24,733 nt of DNA from a virus (Duplodnaviria > Caudoviricetes): positions 1 through 24,733 of IMG/VR virus record IMGVR_UViG_3300025096_000124; one strand, given 5' to 3'. The position numbers and the translations under genes are program-made. Positions within the stretch are counted from its first letter, which is position 1; each line of letters starts with the position of its first letter. Shown piece by piece: positions 9,685 to 17,175 of this stretch. The notes beneath the pieces were generated by a model. It had not been told where the DNA came from. It worked only from the letters and a program-made list of their open reading frames with translations, and searched no databases.

Positions 9685-10221
9685 TTATTCATTACTCACT
9701 TTATTAAAATGTACTAAATCTGTTTTATGTATTTTAGCCTTTTCAAATTTATATGGTTTAACACTAACAGATTCTAGAATATCTATACGATTAACCCAAC
9801 GTTTATTCATTGTATCTCTAACTTGATATACACCATCTTTATGTTCTGTACCTTTAAGTAAAACAAAATCGCCGTAATTTAACCAACCACCCCATCGTTC
9901 CAAAAGATTTCTACTCACCGCTATAAATTTATAATTGGACGCATCTTCCGTCCTAATACGCGTTCCATCTGCGAGAATGTTCGGTGTAGAATCAGTTTGC
10001 AAACGAACAGGTTGGTACATAGTTACAGTCACGTCCATTCCTTCACTTTTTAACTCTGTTAGAGTTTCAGTTAATGCAACATTTTCCTCTCTAATAGTTT
10101 CTATTAAAGAGTTATAATATCTCTTATTTTTTTCTAATATATTGACTGAAATAAATCCATTTGAAAAAGTTATCAAAAGGATAAGTGCCAATACACTAGT
10201 TGAATCAATTAGTTTATGCAT
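9685..10221 (-). CDS. Membrane-anchored 3D-domain protein (lytic-transglycosylase-like)
   Basis: N-terminal TM and coiled coil, then 'VTVTMY', 'IAVSRNL', 'V.DTMNKRW..RIDI'. Confidence 0.8.
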   Translation of the reverse strand: MHKLIDSTSVLALILLITFSNGFISVNILEKNKRYYNSLIETIREENVALTETLTELKSEGMDVTVTMYQPVRLQTDSTPNILADGTRIRTEDASNYKFIAVSRNLLERWGGWLNYGDFVLLKGTEHKDGVYQVRDTMNKRWVNRIDILESVSVKPYKFEKAKIHKTDLVHFNKVSNE

Positions 10222-10294
10222 TCTTACTTTCCCGTTATTTTATATAAATATGTTTTAAAATTATGTTTTACCATTATTTTCATAACCTTTTTTG

Positions 10295-10731
10295 TGGAGC
10301 GGGGGAGATTCGAACTCCCGTCCTGTCTGTCTTTAATATAAAGTCATTCACAACTTATTTGATTTCTAATCGGTTAAAATCAACAAAACACCATTGAGTT
10401 CGTTTCTCAACTACGACAACATATCTCTGTGTTGCTCAGGGTTGGATTTCAAATAGGTAGTAATCCAACGAAACCACCGTTTGTCTAACTTATTTTATGC
10501 TCGGGTGTTAGACAACCCAAGAACTTATGCGTAAGCGTAAGTTGGTTGAGAATCCATCACGGGTTCAACGAAAACGTCAAACATCCGTTCTGTATTGGCT
10601 AAATGCCAATCAATTTCCAACCCTTGTAGCGATTTATCGCCATTTTGGGTTTGTGAGTCTTTTTTCACGAGTCTACTCAAACTCTGTTGCACTCTATTAT
10701 CAAATAACACCAGTCGAAACCTGTCCGCCCC
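10295..10731 (-). ncRNA. ssrA: tmRNA (437 nt)
   Basis: 5' GGGGCGGACAGGTTTCGAC; 3' GACGGGAGTTCGAATCTCCCCCGCTCCA (T-arm, acceptor stem with G3:U alanine determinant); PK1-like GAGT/ACTC plus TGAGT/ACTCA; internal reading frame ending YAYA-TAA at 10525. Confidence 0.95.
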
Positions 10732-10738
10732 ATATTAC

Positions 10739-10948
10739 TTAGTCCGTTGTTGTAACGTTTTTAGCTACTGGACCTTTGTCACCTTCACCGATTTCAAACG
10801 TAACTTTTTGACCTTCTTCTAAAGTCCTAAAGCCATCTGTTTGAATTTCGGAGAAATGCACAAAGTAATCTGTATCAGTCGATGCTGAATCTGCTACGAA
10901 ACCGTAACCTTTTTTAGCATCAAACCATTTTACTGTACCTGTATTCAT
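10739..10948 (-). CDS. Cold-shock protein (CspA family)
   Basis: '[15 protein letters not shown]' (RNP1) and 'YFVHFS' (RNP2); 69 aa. Confidence 0.97.
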   Translation of the reverse strand: MNTGTVKWFDAKKGYGFVADSASTDTDYFVHFSEIQTDGFRTLEEGQKVTFEIGEGDKGPVAKNVTTTD

Positions 10949-10975
10949 TTTATTTCCTATATTACTCTTTTACTA

Positions 10976-11122
10976 TTACCAATCCAATTCATTTTCTTGA
11001 TATTCATCAAACGGATTGTCCAATTCTTCTGTCAATTTTTCTAATACTTGTTCTACTATTTGCCACTCTTGTTCTTCTATTGCTTCTCTTAACAACTCAA
11101 TTAAATTTTCCACATCTAACAT
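10976..11122 (-). CDS. Small acidic protein (48 aa); not in the ORF track
   Basis: MLDVENLIELLREAIEEQEWQIVEQVLEKLTEELDNPFDEYQENELDW*, GGAG SD upstream, fills the gap between neighbours. Confidence 0.75.
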   Translation of the reverse strand: MLDVENLIELLREAIEEQEWQIVEQVLEKLTEELDNPFDEYQENELDW

Positions 11123-11142
11123 AAACGCACTCCGATTTTTAT

Positions 11143-12531
11143 TTAAGTATCTAGTAAGTGTGGTTTTCCTTCAATATTTCCCGCACTTGTCACCTCTATT
11201 AATTCTACTTTAGAATGATACTCAGAAATATTGTTAGCACCAACATAGCTGAAAGCACTACAAAGTCCCTCTTGTATATCTCTAAGGATTCTTTTGACTT
11301 TCCCTTTATAGGGAATGACTTTGTGATTTCCTTCGACATTTTTATTATCACCTCTTGATTTTTTAGAGTCCAATGATGCGGAACCTCTATATTTTTTATA
11401 TAACTGTTCATTAGGCCATTTGCCTACTTTTTCAATTTCTCCTGGACTTTCTTTTGTACCAGATAAAAGGGAACCCAACATAATCGTATCAGCCCCACAA
11501 CCAAGTCCTTTACACACATCCCCAATATCGCGAACACCACCATCAGCAATAACGGGAGTGCTAAAATCATCAGCAACGGCGACGCAATCACGGATAGCAG
11601 ACACTTGAGGGATTCCGACACCCGTTCTAATTCTCGTTTCACATAACGATCCATTTCCAATTCCGACTCTAATCGAGTCCGCTCCTTTTTCACATAAGTA
11701 TTCAGTCGCTTCTGCTGTTGCAACTGATCCCGCAATGACTTCAACTCCTGATAACTTGGTTTTGATTTCTTCAATGGCTTCTCCTACATATTTATGATGT
11801 CCATGCGCTACATCTATAAGTAACACATTACACCCATTTTTGACTAATTCTTCAGCCCTTTCTAAATAATCTCCTTTAACACCTATTGCGGCACATATTG
11901 GTAATTTACTTATATTTTCTTGTAAACTTTTCATACTTTTATAAAAGTCTTTTATAAGTTTTAATTTCTGTTTACTTACCTTTATAGAATTAAGATCTAT
12001 CTGTCGTTTATGTACGTCAAAGTAATCAAGATCTACATCATGTCCAAACTTTAGTTTAAATATTTTCCTATAATAAGACCTGGTAGCACTTAGATGTAAT
12101 GTAATTGGATGATTATCTAATGTTTCATCCAATAAAAATTTCCATTCTTTTAATGTATACTCCTCAAGTGGTTTAGTTTTGGAACCAATTATTGTGCCTG
12201 CATAAGCAAACATAGAATCTACTTCATTCTCTAAAGTTACATTTTCTGATATAAACTGACCCCATAATTTTTTATTTAAATTTAACTTTTTTACTATATC
12301 AGATTGTTCTTTAATGCTCATAAAACGATGTATAACTCCAACACCACCCAAACTCATCATTTCCAAAGCCATATCATATTCAGTTACAGTATCCATTGGT
12401 GAAGATACTATAGGTATTTTAATATTTAAAGTCTTTGTTAACTTAGTATTTAAATTAACTCTTTTACGAGAAACCAACTCTGAATATTTAGGAACAATAT
12501 TTACATCATCATATGCTAATAATTTACTCAT
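11143..12531 (-). CDS. IMPDH/GMP reductase family enzyme, probably GMP reductase, with a non-CBS insertion
   Basis: 'SSPMDTVTE', 'GVIHRF', 'DVAHGH', catalytic loop 'GIGNGSLCETR', 'IADGG', 'YRGSAS', 'NVEG'. Confidence 0.9.
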   Translation of the reverse strand: MSKLLAYDDVNIVPKYSELVSRKRVNLNTKLTKTLNIKIPIVSSPMDTVTEYDMALEMMSLGGVGVIHRFMSIKEQSDIVKKLNLNKKLWGQFISENVTLENEVDSMFAYAGTIIGSKTKPLEEYTLKEWKFLLDETLDNHPITLHLSATRSYYRKIFKLKFGHDVDLDYFDVHKRQIDLNSIKVSKQKLKLIKDFYKSMKSLQENISKLPICAAIGVKGDYLERAEELVKNGCNVLLIDVAHGHHKYVGEAIEEIKTKLSGVEVIAGSVATAEATEYLCEKGADSIRVGIGNGSLCETRIRTGVGIPQVSAIRDCVAVADDFSTPVIADGGVRDIGDVCKGLGCGADTIMLGSLLSGTKESPGEIEKVGKWPNEQLYKKYRGSASLDSKKSRGDNKNVEGNHKVIPYKGKVKRILRDIQEGLCSAFSYVGANNISEYHSKVELIEVTSAGNIEGKPHLLDT

Positions 12532-12950
12532 CTATTAGAAACTTTCTTTCTATACCACTCATTAGTTGGTTTTTCTTCTTCAGTATTCCATACTGCTTTA
12601 TCAAACAATTCATTAATCGGTTTATTTTCTTCTCCAAATCTCGCGTCCATCTCCCATAATATATAGAGAATTGTATTTAAAGATTCCGCTATTTTTTTCA
12701 ATGTTTTATAATCTTCTGTAAGATTTAAATCACCAAACCATACTTTACCATAATTAGGCATCAATACATTAGCATTAAATACAACTAAATCACCTTCATG
12801 TTCTTTTGTATATTCCCATTTTGATCCATCTAACATTCTTGCGTCATGAAATTCATATGCACTAAAGTGTTTCTGAATTTCCATTACCGACATTGTTGGT
12901 TTAAAATCACTTGGATATTCTCCTGTAAGTTTTATTGTTTTGTCAAACAT
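12528..12950 (-). CDS. Hypothetical phage protein
   Basis: Likely start is MFDKTIK at 12950 (TAATG coupling with def) rather than 12983. Confidence 0.7.
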   Translation of the reverse strand: MFDKTIKLTGEYPSDFKPTMSVMEIQKHFSAYEFHDARMLDGSKWEYTKEHEGDLVVFNANVLMPNYGKVWFGDLNLTEDYKTLKKIAESLNTILYILWEMDARFGEENKPINELFDKAVWNTEEEKPTNEWYRKKVSNR

Positions 12951-13603
12951 TAAGTTATAGGTCCTCCAATATAGATTTCCCATTTACCACTATCTATAAG
13001 TGGTTTAGCTTTTTTGTATTTAATTTCTTTATAAGTTTCACCATCCGTAATTCCGACAATTTCATTTCTTCCCCATTTCTGTTTAACTTTAATAGGTTCT
13101 AGTTTATGTTCTCTATCCATTATTGTAACTCCATTCAAATGGTCTATTTCGTGTTGGACACAAATAGATTCTAGTAATCTTAATTCATTATCTTTTTTTA
13201 TATTTTGTTCTTGTTCCCAACTACCTTTACCTTTAGTTGGGTTATCTACTCCACTAAAATACCAATCACATTCTTCTTGTTCAGTATGTATAACTATATT
13301 CTTAAATCTTTTAGTATCAACTCCCTTACCTTTATATGATAAGCAACCTTCATAATAAGAAATTTCATCCCATTGTTCTTTAATAACAGGATTAATTAAT
13401 ATAAGTGGCTCCCTAACATTAACCACAGCAACAGCGGCGTCAATACCCACTTGGTTAGCTGCAAGACCAATACCATCCTTCCGTTCTGCGAGGATGTTGA
13501 ATAAATCTTTCGCAATATGTAGTCCTTCATCTATTGTAACCTTTCTCAGTTTTTTATTTATAACTGGATTATCTTCTTTGAAACAATTAATTATTTTTGT
13601 CAT
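12950..13603 (-). CDS. def: Peptide deformylase with C-terminal extension
   Basis: All three motifs present: GIGLAANQVG, EGCLS, QHEIDHLNG. Confidence 0.95.
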   Translation of the reverse strand: MTKIINCFKEDNPVINKKLRKVTIDEGLHIAKDLFNILAERKDGIGLAANQVGIDAAVAVVNVREPLILINPVIKEQWDEISYYEGCLSYKGKGVDTKRFKNIVIHTEQEECDWYFSGVDNPTKGKGSWEQEQNIKKDNELRLLESICVQHEIDHLNGVTIMDREHKLEPIKVKQKWGRNEIVGITDGETYKEIKYKKAKPLIDSGKWEIYIGGPIT

Positions 13604-13689
13604 TAAAACTTTGGTGTGTTTTTATAATCATTATCCCACAATTTAAATGCAATATATGCCAACAAACAAACTACTATAAATTCAAACAT
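13603..13689 (-). CDS. 28-aa single-TM peptide; not in the ORF track
   Basis: MFEFIVVCLLAYIAFKLWDNDYKNTPKF*; stop overlaps the def ATG and start overlaps the upstream gene end. Confidence 0.55.
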   Translation of the reverse strand: MFEFIVVCLLAYIAFKLWDNDYKNTPKF

Positions 13690-13900
13690 TTATTTTCCTA
13701 AACTTAGATTTTTTTGATTTTTCTTTAACATTAATTTTTCTCTTATATCTACCAGAATCGGAATAGTGGTTTTCAATAAACCAATCTGGTATATCTCCGT
13801 CATTAGCTTCCATATGTCTACGTAGAGCTCTACGAATATTACTCAACTTTCTCCACTTAGAATCATTCATTTTTTTCTTATGATGTTTACTTCTTGGCAT
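13682..13900 (-). CDS. Small basic hypothetical protein
   Basis: 72 aa, K/R-rich, GAGG SD upstream. Confidence 0.7.
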   Translation of the reverse strand: MPRSKHHKKKMNDSKWRKLSNIRRALRRHMEANDGDIPDWFIENHYSDSGRYKRKINVKEKSKKSKFRKINV

Positions 13901-14036
13901 TTTTTTCCTCTACAAATTTAATATAATCTTTAGATGATTCATCATCTTTTGCCCAAAACTTTGTACCATCCTTTAACTCATATTGTTTATAATTATGAGC
14001 TATGTGAAACGGTATAGACTTTTTCTTTTTAGCCAT
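13887..14036 (-). CDS. Small hypothetical protein (49 aa); not in the ORF track
   Basis: MAKKKKSIPFHIAHNYKQYELKDGTKFWAKDDESSKDYIKFVEEKNAKK* fills the gap between neighbours. Confidence 0.65.
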   Translation of the reverse strand: MAKKKKSIPFHIAHNYKQYELKDGTKFWAKDDESSKDYIKFVEEKNAKK

Positions 14037-14038
14037 TA

Positions 14039-14227
14039 TTAACACCCATCAATTATTATTGTATTCTTATCTTTATGATAAAGTTCATTTATTTTTTTCT
14101 TATCAAAATTTTGCTTTTTAAATGACTCACTTCTTGTCATATAAGTCATTGGAACATCTGATAGATTATATTCTCTACCATATTCATCTACAAAAACTTT
14201 TTCTTGTAACCATTTCTTTTTAGACAT
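14039..14227 (-). CDS. Hypothetical protein
   Basis: 62-aa ORF in a tightly packed co-oriented array. Confidence 0.65.
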   Translation of the reverse strand: MSKKKWLQEKVFVDEYGREYNLSDVPMTYMTRSESFKKQNFDKKKINELYHKDKNTIIIDGC

Positions 14228-14228
14228 A

Positions 14229-14411
14229 TTATTCCCAAATTCTCGCTAATCTACGAATGAAACCAAGTGTGGCTCCAAACCCAAATGCTATTGCAGCTAC
14301 TTGAAAATTTTCCAAATATAGTGCTATAGCAGATAACATATATGTTGTGAATCTTGCTACACCATATAATGAAAAATTACCACTTGATTCTACAAATTCT
14401 TTTCTTGACAT
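14229..14411 (-). CDS. Small two-TM membrane protein
   Basis: 60 aa with two hydrophobic segments. Confidence 0.65.
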   Translation of the reverse strand: MSRKEFVESSGNFSLYGVARFTTYMLSAIALYLENFQVAAIAFGFGATLGFIRRLARIWE

Positions 14412-14414
14412 TTT

Positions 14415-14846
14415 TTATCCTTTATTTATATTATGATCTAGAAAGTCTTGTTGTTTCTTAACTGCTTTTTTCAAAGCTACTTTCTTTTCCTTATGTCGAG
14501 CAACTAACATTTGTTCTCTTGTACGACGTTTATTTTTTCTTTTCTTAGATGGTTTAACCTTTGTAGGTTTTAGCGTGCCCTTCAATTTAGGTTGTTCTTT
14601 ACCCTTGTGAAATACATTACCATCTTTATCTACGAACTCATTCATCCAATGCCATCCTGCTGGACGACCAGTTGGTTTATAACTTTTAGTTTCTTCTAAT
14701 GGTACTGAAAAATTAACACATCTACTACATTTTACTCCTATAGCTTCTTCGCCAACATTCTGATATCTTCCACATACCTTACAAGCCATATACCGTAAAT
14801 GTCCTTCATAATAAGAGTGATACTCTATTTTCTTCTTACGAGCCAT
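14415..14846 (-). CDS. Zn-ribbon-containing basic protein
   Basis: CKVC...CSRC pairs, 'GRPAGWHW' motif, Lys-rich tail. Confidence 0.7.
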   Translation of the reverse strand: MARKKKIEYHSYYEGHLRYMACKVCGRYQNVGEEAIGVKCSRCVNFSVPLEETKSYKPTGRPAGWHWMNEFVDKDGNVFHKGKEQPKLKGTLKPTKVKPSKKRKNKRRTREQMLVARHKEKKVALKKAVKKQQDFLDHNINKG

Positions 14847-14851
14847 TTATT

Positions 14852-15448
14852 TTATTTTCCCTTTTCTATTTTTTTTGTAAATTGTTTATACATTTTATTT
14901 AAAGCTTTTCTCTGTTTAACAGTTAAACTACCACGTTTTTTAACCTGTTCGGAAATAGAATTTAAAAACCATTTTGAATTTGATTCATAGGATCTAGTAT
15001 AGTTAGCTTCCTCTAATAACTTTTCAATCATACTAATTTTAAATAAACTATCTTCAATATATTTTTCTTTTTTCTTTTTATGTTCTGGATCGTTTTCTTT
15101 CTTCAACCAATCAGCGTAAGTTTTAACTATCTTTGTAATAGATGATTCCATTTTGGGTGTAATCTTTCTACCACTTATTAAAGCTCCATACATACTAAAT
15201 ATAAAATCATGATATGAATTTGCAAGTTTAGTTCCAGTAGTACCACGTGATGGTATATAATTCTCATCGTTTGTAATGGCTTTTAATTGTTTAATTCTTT
15301 TACCATATAAAGATTTATTTCTTGCAATCTTTTCATAATGTTTTCCAACACCAGCTTTTTTTATTTTAGCAATTTTTTTAACTGCTACTGTTTTAGCAGT
15401 TTTTTTAACGGCTATAGGTTTTTTAATTACCTTTACTACATTACTCAT
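14852..15448 (-). CDS. Hypothetical basic protein
   Basis: 198 aa; Lys/Ala-rich N-terminus (AVKKTAKTVAVKKIAK); C-terminal 'FLNSISEQVKKRGSLTVKQ'. Confidence 0.7.
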   Translation of the reverse strand: MSNVVKVIKKPIAVKKTAKTVAVKKIAKIKKAGVGKHYEKIARNKSLYGKRIKQLKAITNDENYIPSRGTTGTKLANSYHDFIFSMYGALISGRKITPKMESSITKIVKTYADWLKKENDPEHKKKKEKYIEDSLFKISMIEKLLEEANYTRSYESNSKWFLNSISEQVKKRGSLTVKQRKALNKMYKQFTKKIEKGK

Positions 15449-15807
15449 CTATGCCATCTTGCTCCATTAGAGCTTTCTAAATATAACCACCCACCGAATC
15501 TGTCGGCATTTTTAAAAGTTTCTTTATCATATATAGAACCTCTGATACAATTACCTTTTGTATTTGGTGATCTCCAACCAGCAGGTTTATAAATATTACC
15601 AGTATTCCGTTCTACAAAACAATGTATACGGTTAAAATCAAACTTATTATCATAAACTATTCTATCAAATCTACGACCTTTAATCATTTTTATAGAATAC
15701 TTATCAGGATATGTATCCCGTGTATTAGATTCTTCTGTAAATCTATTTTCCAAATAATTCATAAACTCTATAAGTTTTTTATTATAATCAGTATTATTAC
15801 TATTCAT
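15445..15807 (-). CDS. Phage hypothetical protein
   Basis: 'IHCFVERNTGNIYKPAGWRSP...RGSI' resembles a motif common in small phage proteins; likely start at 15807 (TAATG coupling). Confidence 0.7.
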   Translation of the reverse strand: MNSNNTDYNKKLIEFMNYLENRFTEESNTRDTYPDKYSIKMIKGRRFDRIVYDNKFDFNRIHCFVERNTGNIYKPAGWRSPNTKGNCIRGSIYDKETFKNADRFGGWLYLESSNGARWHR

Positions 15808-16430
15808 TAATAAGTTATTTCTTCTAATTCTACACCACACCATTTAAGTTTAGGTATTAAGTTACCATAAATACAAGAAACGTTATCTATATCATTTTTG
15901 TGAAATCTTAAAGTAGTATAATTACCTTTTTTACCATCACCATTATTATACCAAGAAGAATCTTCACATTCATCCAAATTCGCTTCGTAAACACCCAACT
16001 TTGATATTTTATTATTTTCAACTTCCATTTTTACAAGTAGGTGATTAGGTACTTTAACAGACTTTTTATTACCAGTCCAAGAATTACCTAAACCCATTGT
16101 TAATTTAAATTCTTTTTCTATACCAACATCAATACCGTCAAAACCATCAGAAGCACAAGCAAAATAATCCATAGCATGATTAGTAGCTATCAATTCAATG
16201 ATAGATTCAAATGTTCCTGCAACACCTTTTGTAAAATCTTGAGTAGATTGATTTGAACCACTACCATCATAGTACTCTTTAATACAATTGTATTTTTTAA
16301 TACTAAACTTATTCTCTACACGTAAACGGTGATCAAGATAGTCATTAAATACTGGAATAAATTCATCCCAAAAACGACGATCTCCTAAATTTTGAATTTT
16401 ATTTGTCAAATCTTTCATATTATCTCTCAT
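15807..16430 (-). CDS. Hypothetical protein, possible PD-(D/E)xK nuclease fold
   Basis: 'FES...DGFDG...EKEFKLT' spacing; has its own sigma70-like promoter. Fold call is tentative. Confidence 0.55.
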   Translation of the reverse strand: MRDNMKDLTNKIQNLGDRRFWDEFIPVFNDYLDHRLRVENKFSIKKYNCIKEYYDGSGSNQSTQDFTKGVAGTFESIIELIATNHAMDYFACASDGFDGIDVGIEKEFKLTMGLGNSWTGNKKSVKVPNHLLVKMEVENNKISKLGVYEANLDECEDSSWYNNGDGKKGNYTTLRFHKNDIDNVSCIYGNLIPKLKWCGVELEEITY

Positions 16431-16440
16431 TATCTACTAT

Positions 16441-16470
16441 AATATAAGCATAAAAAGCTATACGTGTCAA
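16441..16470 (-). promoter_or_regulatory. Sigma70-like (early) promoter
   Basis: TTGACA-N18-TATATT with an upstream A-tract; near-duplicate at 17089-17118. Confidence 0.7.
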
Positions 16471-16491
16471 GCTTTTTCTTTAGTTTTTTTG

Positions 16492-16571
16492 TGAGTGCGG
16501 TAGGATTCGAACCTACTTGATGGTTAAAACGGGTTACAGCCGTTCTCCTTGCCAAATCGGACTACGCACTC
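16492..16571 (-). tRNA. tRNA-Tyr (GUA), CCA not encoded
   Basis: Acceptor GAGTGCG/CGCACTC-A; anticodon arm AACGG-CTGTAAC-CCGTT; T arm GTAGG-TTCGAAT-CCTAC; 11-nt variable region. Confidence 0.88.
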
Positions 16572-16576
16572 ATTAA

Positions 16577-17083
16577 TTAAAAATCACCTTCAGCAACTTG
16601 AAATACGGTTAAACCTAATGATCTCCACATATCTACAACTTTGTTTCTATCATCAACAACTAAGAAAACATCATCAATATCAACAAACAAATCTAACATA
16701 TGTTTCTTTAAGATTTCATCAGGCATAAATCTCATTTCTTGAGTGGCAATATTACCACTAGCGATCTTTTCGCCCCAATTAAGAAACTTATCAGGTCTCA
16801 TAACTAACTTCTGAAATGGGATTCTATGTCTGGATAACCAACTTCTGGTAGTATGAAAACTTCTATCATTTCTACCTGAAAAGATTACAATATTAAAACC
16901 GTTCTCAGCAAACATCTGAGCCATTTTTACTACTGGTTCATTAGGAACATCTAACAAAATATTAGTAGATGAAAAGAAAACATCCCAATCTAATTTACCA
17001 TTAGGTTTGGTTGCTAACTTTTTCCTTGCATCAATATTAGCAAGAGTTCCATCTAAATCAAAAATTATAGTATTCTTTTGCAT
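16577..17083 (-). CDS. HAD-family phosphatase, like the 3'-phosphatase domain of T4 polynucleotide kinase/phosphatase
   Basis: 'IIFDLDGTLA', 'FSGR', 'MRP', 'VDDR..VV.MWR.LGL..FQVA.GDF'; no kinase domain. Confidence 0.88.
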   Translation of the reverse strand: MQKNTIIFDLDGTLANIDARKKLATKPNGKLDWDVFFSSTNILLDVPNEPVVKMAQMFAENGFNIVIFSGRNDRSFHTTRSWLSRHRIPFQKLVMRPDKFLNWGEKIASGNIATQEMRFMPDEILKKHMLDLFVDIDDVFLVVDDRNKVVDMWRSLGLTVFQVAEGDF

Positions 17084-17088
17084 ATACT

Positions 17089-17118
17089 AATATACAAATA
17101 AAATACTATACGAGTCAA
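17089..17118 (-). promoter_or_regulatory. Sigma70-like (early) promoter, probably yielding a leaderless mRNA
   Basis: TTGACT-N18-TATATT ends 5 nt before the ATG at 17083; no SD. Confidence 0.7.
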
Positions 17119-17175
17119 GCTTTTTTTTTAGTAAAAATGGGGGATATATTACAACCCCCCATAATATTTACTAAT

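Noticed and set aside
10525-10822. ORFs 10525-10710 (-), 10527-10742 (+) and 10595-10822 (+) as protein genes
   Set aside because: They overlap the tmRNA; only the 3' part of the minus-strand frame is meaningful, as the tag.
11205-11774. Same-strand alternative-frame ORFs in the GMPR/IMPDH gene suggesting frameshift or overprinting
   Set aside because: The main frame is intact with all motifs; the alternatives show no recognisable features.
11905-12282. Intein in the GMPR/IMPDH gene
   Set aside because: No Cys/Ser N-terminal block, no His-Asn C-terminus, no LAGLIDADG motif.
17139-17160. GGGGG...CCCCCC hairpin after the receptor gene as a terminator
   Set aside because: Weak stem, large loop and short U-tract; plausible but too poorly supported to list.
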